A stretch of 64,000 nucleotides of DNA from Eledone cirrhosa (lineage: Eukaryota): assembly GCA_964016885.1 (NCBI GenBank), contig CAXHJY010000001.1, forward strand, positions 62,001 through 126,000, given 5' to 3'. The notes below the pieces were generated by a model, which searched no databases, was not told the origin of the DNA, and was given only the letters and a program-made list of their open reading frames with translations. Position 1 is the first letter of the stretch; every line of letters begins with the position of its first letter. Below, piece after piece: positions 47,501 to 63,100 of the stretch. The position numbers were made by a program, and so were the translations under genes.

Positions 47501-50500
47501 AAACAACCACTAGATACCACTAAACAACCACTATACACCGCTGAACAACCACTAGGTTTCTCTGAACAACCACTAGATACCACTGAACAACCACTAGATA
47601 CCACGGAACAACCACTAGATATCACTGATCAACCACAGATACCACTGAACAACCACTAGATATCACTGAACAACCACAGATACCACTGAACAACGAGTAG
47701 ATACAACTGAACAACCACTATATACCACTAAACAACCACTAGATACCACTAAACAACCACCTGATACGACTGAACTACCACTAGATACCACTGAACAGCC
47801 ACTAGATACCACTGAACGACCACTAGATACCACTGAACGACGACTAGATACCACTGAACGACCGCTAGATACCACTGAACCACCACTAGATACCACTGAA
47901 CCACCACTAGATACCACTGAACCACCACTAGATACCAGTGAACAACCACAATATACCACTGAACAACCACTAGATACCACTGAACAACCACTAGATACCA
48001 CTAAACAACCACTAGGTACCACTAAACAACCACTAGATACCACTAAACAACCACTAGATTCAACTGAACAACCAATAGATTCAACTGAACAACCAATAGA
48101 TACCACTGAACAACCACTAGGTACCACTGAACAACCACCTGATACCACTGAACTACCACTAGATACTAACACTAAATTACCACTAGATACTAACACTAAA
48201 GTACCACTAGATACCACTAAACAACCACTAGAAACCACTGAACAACGAGTAGATACAACTGAACAACCACTATATACCACTAAACAACCACTAAACGACC
48301 ACTAGATACCATTGGACAATCACTAGATACGACTAAACTACCACTGGATACCACTGGAAAACCACTAGATTCCACTAAGCTACCACTGGATACCACAGAC
48401 AACCACTAGATGCCACTAAACAACCACTATGTACCACTGGACAACCACTAGATACCGCTGAAAAACCACTCGGTACCACTGAACAACCACTTGATACCAC
48501 TGAACAACCAATAGATACCATTGAACACCCACTAGATACCACTGAACAACCACTTGATACCACCGAACAACCACTAAATACCACTAAACAACCACTATAT
48601 ACCACTAAACGACCACTAGATACCATCGGACAACCACTAGATACCACTAAAGTACCACTAGATACCACTAAACTACCACTGGACAACCACTAGATTCCAC
48701 TAAGCTACCACTGGATACCACTAAATACCACAGACAACCACTAGATGCCACTAAACAACCACTATGTACCACTGGACAACCACTAGATACTACCACTAAA
48801 CCACCACTAGATACCACTGAACAACCACAAGATACCACTAAACAACCACTAGATACCACTAAACAACCACAAGATACAACTAAACAACCACTAGATACCA
48901 ATAAACAACCACTAGATACCATTAAGCAACCACTAGATACTACCACTAAACAACCACTAGATACTACCACTAAACAACCACTAGATACCACTAAACAACC
49001 ACTAGATACCACTGAAGAACCACTAGATACCACTGAAGAACCACTAGATACCACTAAAAAAACACTAGATACAACTGAACAACCAATAGATACCACTGAA
49101 CAACCACTAGATACAACTGAACAACCAGTAGATACCACTGGACAACCACAAGATACCACTAAACAACCACAAGATACCACTAAACAACCACTAGATACCA
49201 CTGAACAACCACTAGATACCACTGAACAACCACTAGATACCACTGAACAACCACTAGATACCACAGAACAACCACTAGCTACCACAGAACAACCACTAGC
49301 TACCACTGAACAACCACTAGGTACCACTGAACAACCACCTGATACCACTGAACTACCACTAGATACTAACACTAAAGTACCACTAGATACCACTGAACAA
49401 CTAGATACCACTAAACAACCACTAGAAACAATGGAAAAACCAGTAGATACAACTGAACAACCACTATATACCACTAAACGATCACTATATACCACTAGAC
49501 AACCACTAGATACCATTGGACAACCACTAGAGACCACTAAACTACCACTAGATACCATTGGACAACCACTAGAGACCACTAAACTACCACTAGATACCAC
49601 TGGACTACCACTAGATGCCACTAAACTACCACTAGATACCACTGGACTACCACTAGATTCCACTAAGCTACCACTGGATACCACTAAACTACCACTAAAT
49701 ACCACGGACAACCACTAGATGCCACTAAACAACCACTATGTACCAATGGACAACCACTAGATACTACCACTAAACCACGACTAGATACCACTGAACAACC
49801 ACAAGATACCACTAAACAAACACTTGATACCACTAAACAACCACTAGATACCACTAAACAACCACAAGATACCACTAAACAACCACTAGATACCAATAAA
49901 CAACCACTAGATACCACTGAACAACAACTAGATACCACTAAACAAAAACTAGATACTATGACTAAACAACCACTAGATACCACTAAACAACCTCTATACA
50001 CCGCTGAACAACCACTAGGTTTCTCTGAACAACCACTAGATACCGCTGAAGAACCACGCGGTACCGCTGAAGAACCACTCGGTACCACTGAACAACCACT
50101 TGATACCACTGTACAACCACTAGATACCATTGAACACCCACTAGATACCATTGAACACCCACTAGATACCACTGTACAACCACTTGATACCACTGTACAA
50201 CCACTAGATACCACTGAACAACCACTATACAACCACTAGATATCACTAAACAACCACTAGATATCACTAAACAACCACTAGATATCACTGAACACCCACT
50301 AGATATCACTGAACAACCACTAGATACAACTGAACAACCACTAGATACAACTGAACAACCACTAGATACAACTGAACAACCACTAGATACCACTGAACAA
50401 CCACTAGATACCACGGAACAACCACTAGATATCACTGATCAACCACAGATACCACTGAACAACCACTAGATATCACTAAACAACCACTAGATACCACTAA

Positions 50501-53500
50501 ACAACCACCTGATACGACTGAACTACCACTAGATACCACTGAACAGCCGCTAGATACCACTGAACCACCACTAGATACCACTGAACCACCACTAGATACC
50601 AGTGAACAACCACTAGATACCACTGAACAACCACTAGATACCACTAAACAACCACTAGGTACCACTAAACAACCACTAGGTACCACTAAACAACCACTAG
50701 ATAGCACTAAATAACCACTAGATACAACTGAACAACCAATAGATTCAACTGAACAACCAATAGATACCACTGAACAACCACTAGGTACCACTGAACAACC
50801 ACCTGATACCACTGAACTACCACTAGATACTAACACTAAATTACCACTAGATACTAACACTAAAGTACCACTAGATACCACTGAACAACTAGATACCACT
50901 AGAAACCACTGAACAACGAGTAGATACAACTGAACAACCACTATATACCACTAAACAACCACTATATACCACTAAACAACCACTATATACCACTAAACAA
51001 CCACTATATACCACTAAACGACCACTAGATACCATTGGACAACCACTAGATATGACTAAACTACCACTGGATACCACTGGACAACCACTAGATTCCACTA
51101 AGCTACCACTGGATACCACAGACAACCACTAGATGCCACTAAACAACCACTATGTACCACTGGACAACCACTAGATACCGCTGAAAAACCACTCGGTACC
51201 ACTGAACAACCACTTGATACCACTGAACAACCAATAGATACCATTGAACACCCACTAGATACCACTGAACAACCACTAGATATCGCTAAATAACCACTAG
51301 ATATCACTGAACACCCAATAGATATCACTAAACAACCACTAGATACAACTGAACAACCACTAGATACCACTGAACAACCACTAGATATCACTGATCAACC
51401 ACAGATACCACTGAACAACCACTAGATATCACTGAACAACCACAGATACCACTGAACAACCACAGATACCACTAAACAACCACTAGATATCACTAAACAA
51501 CCACCTGATACCACTAAACAACCACTAGATACCACTGAACAGCCACTAGATACCACTGAACAGCCACTAGATACCACTGAACGGCCACTAGATACCACTG
51601 AACGGCCACTAGATACCACTGAACGACCACTAGATACCACTGAACGACGACTAGATACCACTGAACGACCACTAGATACCACTGAACCACCACTAGATAC
51701 CAGTGAACAACCACAATATACCACTGAACAACCACTAGATACCACTGAACAACCACTAGATACCACTGAACAACCACTAGATACCACTGAACAACCACTA
51801 GATACCACTAAACAACCACTAGATGCCACTAAACAACCACTAGATACCACTAAACAACCACTAGATACCACTAAACAACCACTAGATACCACTAAACAAC
51901 CACTAGATACCACTAAACAACCACTAGATACCACTAAATAACCAATAGATACAACTGAACAACCAATAGATACAACTGAACAACCAATAGATACAACTGA
52001 ACAACCAATAGATACCACTGAACAACCAATAGATACCACTGAACAACCAATAGATACCACTGAACAACCACGTGATACCACTGAACTACCACTAGATACT
52101 AACACTAAAGTACCACTAGATACCACTGAACAACTAGATACCACTAAACAACCACTAGAAACCACTGAACAACCAGTAGATACAACTGAACAACCACTAT
52201 AAACCACTAAACAACCACTATATACCACTAATCGACCTCTAGATAGCACTGAACAACCACAAGATACCACTAAACAACCACTAGATACCACTAAACAACC
52301 ACTAGGTACCACTGAACAACCACTAGGTACCACTGAACTACCAGTAGATACTAACACTAAAGTACCACTAGATACCACTGAACAACTAGATACTATGACT
52401 AAACAACCACTAGATACCATTAAACAACCACTATATACCGCTGAACAACCACTAGGTATCTCTGAACAACCACTAGATACCGCTGAAGAACCACTCGGTA
52501 CCACTGAACAACCACTTGATACCACTGTACAACCAATAGATACCACTGAACAACCACTAGATACCACTGAACAACCACTAGATATCACTAAACAACCACT
52601 AGATATCACTGAGCAACCACTAGATATCACTGAACAACCACTAGATAAAACTGAACAACCACTAGATACCACTGAACAACCACTAGATACCACTGAACAA
52701 CCACTTGATATCACTGATCAACCACAGATACCACTGAACAACCACTAGATATCACTGAACAACCACAGATACCACTGAACAACCAGTAAATATCACTAAA
52801 CAACCACTAGATACCACTAAAAAACCACCTGATACCACTTATCTACCACTAGGTTTCTCTGAACAACCACCAGATACCGCTGAAGAACCACTCGGTACCA
52901 CTGAACAACCACTTGATACCACTGTACAACCACTAGATACCATTGAACACCCACTACATACCACTATACAACCACTAGATACCACTGATCAACCACATAT
53001 ACCACTGAACAACCACTAGATATCACTGAACAACCACAGATACCACTGAACAACCACTAGATATCACTAAACAACCACTAGATACCACTAAACAACCACC
53101 TGATACGACTGAACTACCACTAGATACCACTGAACAGCCACTAGATACCACTGAACGACCACTAGATACCACTGAACGACCACTAGATACCACTGAACGA
53201 CCACTAGATACCACTGAACGACCGCTAGATACCACTGAACCACCACTGGATACCACTGAACCACCACTAGATACCAGTGAACAACCACAATATACCACTG
53301 AACAACCACTAGATACCACTGAACAACCACTAGATACCACTAAACAACCACTAGGTACCACTAAACAACCACTAGATACCACTAAATAACCACTAGATAC
53401 AACTGAACAACCAATAGATACAACTGAACAACCAATAGATACCACTGAACAACCACTAGATACCACTGAACTACCACTAGATACTAACACTAAATTACCA

Positions 53501-56500
53501 CTAGATACTAACACTAAAGTACCACTACATACCACTGAACAACTAGATACCACTAAACAACCACTAGAAACCACTGAACAACGAGTAGATACAACTGAAC
53601 AACCACTATATACCACTAAACAACCACTATATACCACTAAACGACCACTAGATACCACTGGACAACCACTAGATTCCACTAAGCTACCACTGGATACCAC
53701 AGACAACCACTAGATGCCACTAAACAACCACTATGTACCACTGAACAACCACTAGATACCGCTGAAAAACCACTCGGTACCACTGAACAACCACTTGATA
53801 CCACTGAACAACCAATAGATACCATTGAACACCCACTAGATACAACTGAACAACCACTTGATACCACCGAACAACCACTAAATACCACTATACAACCACT
53901 AGATACCACTGAACAACCACTAGATACCACTGAACAACCACTAGATACCACTGAACAACGACTAGATATCACTAAACAACCACAAGATATCACTGAGCAA
54001 CCACTAGATATGACTGAACGACCACTAGATACAACTGAACAACCACTAGATACCACTAAACAAACACTAGATACCACTAAACAACCACTAGATACCACTA
54101 CACATCCACTAGATACCACTAAACATCCACTAGATACCACTAAACAACCACTAGATACCACTGGACAACCAATAGATACCACTGAACAACCAATAGATAC
54201 CACTGAACAACCACTAGATACAACTGAACAACCAATAGATACCACTGAACAACCACTAGATACATCTGAACAACCACTATATACTACCACTAAACAACCA
54301 CTAGATACTACCACTAAACAACCACTAGATACCACTAAACCACCACTAGATACCACTAAACAAACACTAGATACCATTGAACACCCACAAGATACCACTA
54401 AACACCCACTAGATACCACTGAACAACCACTAGATACCACTGGACAACCACTAGATACAACTGAACAACCACTAGATACCACTGAACAACCACTAGATAC
54501 CACTGAACAACCACTAGATACCACTGAACAGCCACTAGCTACCACTGAACAACCACTAGGTACCACTGAACAACCACCTGATACCACTGAACTACCACTA
54601 GATACTAACACTAAAGTACCACTAGATACCACTGAACAACTAGATACCACTAAACAACCACTAGAAACAACGGAAAAACCAGTAGATACAACTGAACAAC
54701 CACTATATACCACTAAACGATCACTATATACCACTAAACAACCACTAGATACCATTGGACAAACACTAGAGACCACTAAACTACCACTAGATACCACTGG
54801 ACTACCACTAGATGCCACTAAACTACGACTAGATACCACTGGACAAACACTAGATTCCACTAAGCTACCACTGGATACCACTAAATACCACGGACAACCA
54901 CTAGATGCCACTAAACAACCACTATGTACCAATGGACAACCACTAGATACTACCACTAAACCACGACTAGATACGACTGAACAACCACAAGATACCACTA
55001 AACAAACACTTGATACCACTAAACAACCACTAGATACCACTAAACAACCACAAGATACCACTAAACAACCACTAGATACCAATAAACAACCACTAGATAC
55101 CACTAAACAAAAACTAGATACTATGACTAAACAACCACTAGATACCACTAAACAACCACTATACACCGCTGAACAACCACTAGGTTTCTCTGAACAACCA
55201 CTAGATACCACTGAACAACCACTAGATACCACGGAACAACCACTAGATATCACTGATCAACCACAGATACCACTGAACAACCACTAGATATCACTGAACA
55301 ACCACAGATACCACTGAACAACCACTAGATATCACTAAACAACCACTAGATACCACTAAACAACCACCTGATACGACTGAACTACCACTAGATACCACTG
55401 AACAGCCACTAGATACCACTGAACGACCACTAGATACCACTGAACGACGACTAGATACCACTGAACGACCGCTAGATACCACTGAACCACCACTAGATAC
55501 CACTGAACCACCACTAGATACCACTGAACCACCACTAGATACCAGTGAACAACCACAATATACCACTGAACAACCACTAGATACCACTGAACAACCACTA
55601 GATACCACTAAACAACCACTAGGTACCACTAAACAACCACTAGATACCACTAAACAACCACTAGATTCAACTGAACAACCAATAGATTCAACTGAACAAC
55701 CAATAGATACCACTGAACAACCACTAGGTACCACTGAACAACCACCTGATACCACTGAACTACCACTAGATACTAACACTAAATTACCACTAGATACTAA
55801 CACTAAAGTACCACTAGATACCACTAAACAACCACTAGAAACCACTGAACAACGAGTAGATACAACTGAACAACCACTATATACCACTAAACAACCACTA
55901 AACGACCACTAGATACCATTGGACAATCACTAGATACGACTAAACTACCACTGGATACCACTGGAAAACCACTAGATTCCACTAAGCTACCACTGGATAC
56001 CACAGACAACCACTAGATGCCACTAAACAACCACTATGTACCACTGGACAACCACTAGATACCGCTGAAAAACCACTCGGTACCATTGAACACCCACTAG
56101 ATACAACTGAACAACCACTTGATACCACCGAACAACCACTAAATACCACTAAACAACCACTATATACCACTAAACGACCACTAGATACCATCGGACAACC
56201 ACTAGATACCACTAAAGTACCACTAGATACCACTAAACTACCACTGGACAACCACTAGATTCCACTAAGCTACCACTGGATACCACTAAATACCACAGAC
56301 AACCACTAGATGCCACTAAACAACCACTATGTACCACTGGACAACCACTAGATACTACCACTAAACCACCACTAGATACCACTGAACAACCACAAGATAC
56401 CACTAAACAACCACTAGATACCACTAAACAACCACAAGATACAACTAAACAACCACTAGATACCAATAAACAACCACTAGATACCATTAAGCAACCACTA

Positions 56501-57065
56501 GATACTACCACTAAACAACCACTAGATACTACCACTAAACAACCACTAGATACCACTAAACAACCACTAGATACCACTGAAGAACCACTAGATACAACTG
56601 AAGAACCACTAGATACCACTAAAAAAACACTAGATACAACTGAACAACCAATAGATACCACTGAACAACCACTAGATACAACTGAACAACCAGTAGATAC
56701 CACTGGACAACCACTAGATAGCACTGAACAACCACAAGATACCACTAAACAACCACAAGATACCACTAAACAACCACTAGATACCACTGAACAACCACTA
56801 GATACCACTGAACAACCACTAGATACCACTGAACAACCACTAGATACCACAGAACAACCACTAGCTACCACAGAACAACCACTAGCTACCACTGAACAAC
56901 CACTAGGTACCACTGAACAACCACCTGATACCACTGAACTACCACTAGATACTAACACTAAAGTACCACTAGATACCACTGAACAACTAGATACCACTAA
57001 ACAACCACTAGAAACAACGGAAAAACCAGTAGATACAACTGAACAACCACTATATACCACTAAAC
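41509..57065. repeat. Higher-order tandem duplication, period 7565-7786 bp (about 41509-49470 and 49295-57065)
   Basis: ORF pairs 41898/49684 and 42646/50432 (offset 7786), 43208/50889 (7681), 44756/52395, 45384/53023 and 46040/53679 (7639), 48375/55982 (7607), 48668/56233 (7565). Confidence 0.9.
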
Positions 57066-58089
57066 AACCACTAGATACCATTGGACAACCACTAGAGACC
57101 ACTAAACTACCACTAGATACCACTGGACAAACACTACATTCCACTAAGCTACCACTGGATACCACTAAATACCACGGACAACCACTAGATGCCACTAAAC
57201 AACCACTATGTACCAATGGACAACCACTAGATACTACCACTAAACCACGACTAGATACCACTGAACAACCACAAGATACCACTAAACAAACACTTGATAC
57301 CACTAAACAACCACAAGATACCACTAAACACCCACTAGATACCAATAAACAACCACTAGATACCACTGAACAACGACTAGATACCACTAAACAAAAACTA
57401 GATACTATGACTAAACAGCCACTAGATACCACTAAACAACCACTATATACCGCTGAGCAACCACTAGGTTTCTCTGAACAACCACTAGATACCGCTGAAC
57501 AACCACTCGGTACCACTGTACAACCACTAGATACCATTGAACACCCACTAGATACCACTGTCAACCACTTAATACCACTTTACAACCACTAGATACCACT
57601 GAACAACCACTACATACCACTATACAACCACTAGATACCACTGAACAACCACTAGATACCACTGAACAACCACTAAATATCACTAAACAACCACTAGATA
57701 TCACTAAACAACCACTTAATACCACTTTACAACCACTAGATACCACTGAACAACCACTACATACCACTATACAACCACTAGATACCACTTTACAACCACT
57801 AGATACCACTGAACAACCACTACATACCACTATACAACCACTAGATACCACTGAACAACCACTAGATACCACTGAACAACCACTAGATACCACTAAACAA
57901 CCACTAGATATCACTGAACACCCACTAGATATCACTGAACAACCACTAGATACAACTGAACAACCACTAGATACAACTGAACAACCACTAGATACAACTG
58001 AACAACCACTAGATACCACTGAACAACCACTAGATACCACGGAACAACCACTAGATATCACTGATCAACCACAGATACCACTGAACAAC

Positions 58090-60130
58090 CACTAGATATC
58101 ACTGAACAACCACAGATACCACTGAACAACCACTAGATATCACTAAACAACCACTAGATACCACTAAACAACCACCTGATACGACTGAACTACCACTAGA
58201 TACCACTGAACGACCACTAGATACCACTGAACGACCACTAGATACCACTGAACGACCACTAGATACCACTGAACGACGACTAGATACCACTGAACGACCG
58301 CTAGATACCACTGAACCACCACTAGATACCACTGAACCACCACTAGATACCAGTGAACAACCACAATATACCACTGAACAACCACTAGATACCACTGAAC
58401 AACCACTAGATACCACTAAACAACCACTAGGTACCACTAAACAACGACTAGATACCACTAAATAACCACTAGATACAACTGAACAACCAATAGATTCAAC
58501 TGAACAACCAATAGATTCAACTGAACAACCAATAGATACCACTGAACAACCACTAGGTACCACTGAACAACCACCTGATACCACTGAACTACCACTAGAT
58601 ACTAACACTAAATTACCACTAGATACTAACACTAAAGTACCACTAGATACCACTGAACAACTAGATACCACTAAACAACCACTAGAAACCACTGAACAAC
58701 GAGTAGATACAACTGAACAACCACTATATACCACTACACAACCACTATATACCACTAAACGACCACTAGATACCATTGGACAACCACTAGATATGACTAA
58801 ACTACCACTGGATACCACTGGACAACCACTAGATTCCACTAAGCTACCACTGGATACCACAGACAACCACTAGATGCCACTAAACAACCACTATGTAGCA
58901 CTGGACAACCACTAGATACCGCTGAAAAACCACTCGGTACCACTGAACAACCACTTGATACCACTGAACAACCAATAGATACCATTGAACACCCACTAGA
59001 TACCACTGAACAACCACTTGATACCACCGAACAACCACTAAATACCACTATACAACCACTAGATACCACTGAACAACCACTAGATACCACTGAACAACCA
59101 CTAGATACCACTGAACAACGACTAGATATCACTAAAAAACCACAAGATATCACTGAGCAACCACTAGATATGACTGAACAACCACTAGATACAACTGAAC
59201 AACCACTAGATACCACTAAACAAACACTAGATACCACTAAACAACCACTAGATACCACTACACATCCACTAGATACCACTAAACATCCACTAGATACCAC
59301 TAAACAACCACTAGATACCACTGGACAACCAATAGATACCACTGAACAACCAATAGATACCACTGAACAACCACTAGATACAACTGAACAACCACTAGAT
59401 ACCACTGAACAACCACTAGATACAACTGAACAACCACTATATACTACCACTAAACAACCACTAGATACTACCACTAAACAACCACTAGATACCACTAAAC
59501 AACCACTAGATACCACTAAACAAACACTAGATACCACTGGACAACCACTAGATACCATTGAACACCCACAAGATACCACTAAACAACCACTAGATACCAC
59601 TGGACAACCACTAGATACCACTGGACAACCACTAGATACCACTGAACAACCACTAGATACCACTGAACAGCCACTAGCTACCACTGAACAGCCACTAGGT
59701 ACCACTGAACAACCACCTGATACCACTGAACTACCACTGGATACTAACACTAAAGTACCACTAGATACCACTGAACAACTAGATACCACTAAACAACCAC
59801 TAGAAACAACGGAAAAACCAGTAGATACAACTGAACAACCACTATATACCACTAAACGATCACTATATACCACTAAACAACCACTAGATACCATTGGACA
59901 ACCACTAGAGACCACTAAACTACCACTAGATACCACTGGACTACCACTAGATGCCACTAAACTACCACTAGATACCACTGGACAAACACTAGATTCCACT
60001 AAGCTACCACTGGATACCACTAAACTACCACTAAATACCACGGACAACCACTAGATGCCACTAAACAACCACTATTTACCAATGGACAACCACTAGATAC
60101 TACCACTAAACCACGACTAGATACCACTGG
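58090..60130. repeat. Additional, more diverged copy of the cassette at about 33590-35500 (also at 45384-47300 and 53023-54960)
   Basis: ORFs 58839..60047 (402 aa) and 59170..60054 (294 aa) have the same lengths as 34225..35433 and 34556..35440 (offset 24614). Their translations are similar but not identical. Confidence 0.7.
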
Positions 60131-63100
60131 ACAACCACAAGATACCACTAAACAAACACTTGATACCACTAAACAACCACTAGATACCACTGAACAACAA
60201 CTAGATACCACTAAACAAAAACTAGATACTATGACTAAACAACCACTAGATACCACTAAACAACCACTATACACCACTGAACAACCACTAGGTTTCTCTG
60301 AACAACCACTAGATACCGCTGAAGAGCCACGCGGTACCGCTGAAGAACCACTCGGTACCACTGAACAACCACTTGATACCACTGTACAACCACTAGATAC
60401 CATTGAACACCCACTAGTTACCATTGAACACCCACTAGATACCACTGAACAACCACTTGATACCACTGTACAACCACTAGATACCACTGAACAACCACTA
60501 CATACCACTATACAACCACTAGATACCACTGAACAACCACTAGATATCGCTAAACAACCACTAGATATCACTGAACACCCAATAGATATCACTGAACAAC
60601 CACTAGATAAAACTGAACAACCACTAGATACCACTGAACAACCACTAGATATCACTGATCAACCACAGATACCACTGAACAACCACTAGATATCACTGAA
60701 CAACCACTAGATATCACTGAACAACCACAGATACCACTGAACAACCACAGATACCACTAAACAACCACTAGATATCACTAAACAACCACCTGATACCACT
60801 AAACAACCACTAGATACCACTGAACAGCCACTAGATACCACTGAACAGCCACTAGATACCACTGAACAGCCACTAGATACCACTGAACGGCCACTAGATA
60901 CCACTGAACGACCACTAGATACCACTGAACGACCACTAGATACCACTGAACGACGACTAGATACCACTGTACGTCCACTAGATACCACTGAACCACCACT
61001 AGATACCACTGAACCACCACTAGATACCACTGAACAACCACAATATACCACTGAACAACCACTAGATACCACTGAACAACCACTAGATACCACTGAACAA
61101 CCACTAGATACCACTGAACAACCACTAGATGCCACTAAACAACCACTAGATGCCACTAAACAACCACTAGATACCACTAAACAACCAATAGATACCACTA
61201 AACAACCACTAGATACCACTAAACAACCACTAGATACCACTAAATAACCAATAGATACAACTGAACAACCAATAGATACAACTGAACAACCAATAGATAC
61301 AACTGAGCAACCACTAGATACCACTGAACAACCACTAGATACCACTGAACAACCACTTGATATCACTGATCAACCACAGATACCACTGAACAACCACTAG
61401 ATATCACTGAACAACCACAGATACCACTGAACAACCAGTAAATATCACTAAACAACCACTAGATACCACTAAAAAAACCACCTGATACCACTGATCTACC
61501 ACTAGGTTTCTCTGAACAACCACTAGATACCGCTGAAGAACCACTCGGTACCACTGAACAACCACTTGATACCACTGTACAACCACTAGATACCATTGAA
61601 CACCCACTACATACCACTATACAACCACTAGATACCACTGATCAACCACAGATACCACTGAACAACCACTAGATATCACTGAACAACCACAGATACCACT
61701 GAACAACCACTAGATATCACTAAACAACCACTAGATACCACTAAACAACCACTAGATGCCACTAGATACCACTGAACGACCACTAGATACCACTGAACGA
61801 CCACTAGATACCACTGAACGACCACTAGGTACCACTAAACAACCACTAGATACCACTAAATAACCACTAGATACAACTGAACAACCAATAGATACAACTG
61901 AACAACCAATAGATACCACTGAACAACCACTAGATACCACTGAACTACCACTAGATACTAACACTAAATTACCACTAGATACTAACACTAAAGTACCACT
62001 AGATACCACTGAACAACTAGATGCCACTAAACAACCACTAGAAACCACTGAACAACGAGTAGATACAACTGAACAACCACTATATACCACTAAACGACCA
62101 CTAGATACCATTGGACAACCACTAGATACGACTAAACTACCACTGGATACCACTGGACAACCACTAGATTCCACTAAGCTACCACTGGATACCATTGAAA
62201 ACCCACTAGATACCACTGAACAACCACTTGATACCACCGAACAACCACTAGATACCACTGAAAAACCACTCGGTACCACTGAACAACCACTTGATACCAC
62301 TGAACCACCAATAGATACCATTGAACACCCACTAGATACCACTGAACAACCACTTGATACCACCGAACAACCACTAGATACCACTGAACAACCACTAGAT
62401 ACCACTAAACAACCACTAGATACCACTAAACAACCACTAGATACCACTACACATCCACTAGATATCGCTAAACAACGACTAGATATCACTAAACAACCAC
62501 AAGATATCACTGAGCAACCACTAGATACAACTGAACAACCACTAGATACCACTAAACAAACACTAGATACCACTAAACAACCACTAGATACCACTACACA
62601 TCCACTAGATACCACTAAACATCCACTAGATACCACTAAACAACCACTAGATACCACTGGACAACCAATAGATACCACTGAACAACCAATAGATACCACT
62701 GAACAACCACTAGGTACCACTGAACAACAACTAGATACCACTAAACAAAAACTAGATACTATGACTAAACAACCACTAGATACCGCTGAAGAACCACGCG
62801 GTACCGCTGAAGAACCACTCGGTACCACTGAACAACCACTTGATACCACTGTACAACCACTAGATACCATTGAACACCCACTAGATACCATTGAACACCC
62901 ACTAGATACCACTGAACAACCACTTGATACCACTGTACAACCACTAGATACCACTGAACAACCACTACATACCACTATACAACCACTAGATACCACTGAA
63001 CAACCACTAGATATCGCTAAACAACCACTAGATATCACTGAACACCCACTAGATATCACTGAACAACCACTAGATAAAACTGAACAACCACTAGATACAA

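Noticed and set aside
61471-61477. A7 run where paralogues (about 33386, 45180, 52819) have A6
   Set aside because: A singleton homopolymer indel is most likely a sequencing error or trivial slippage.
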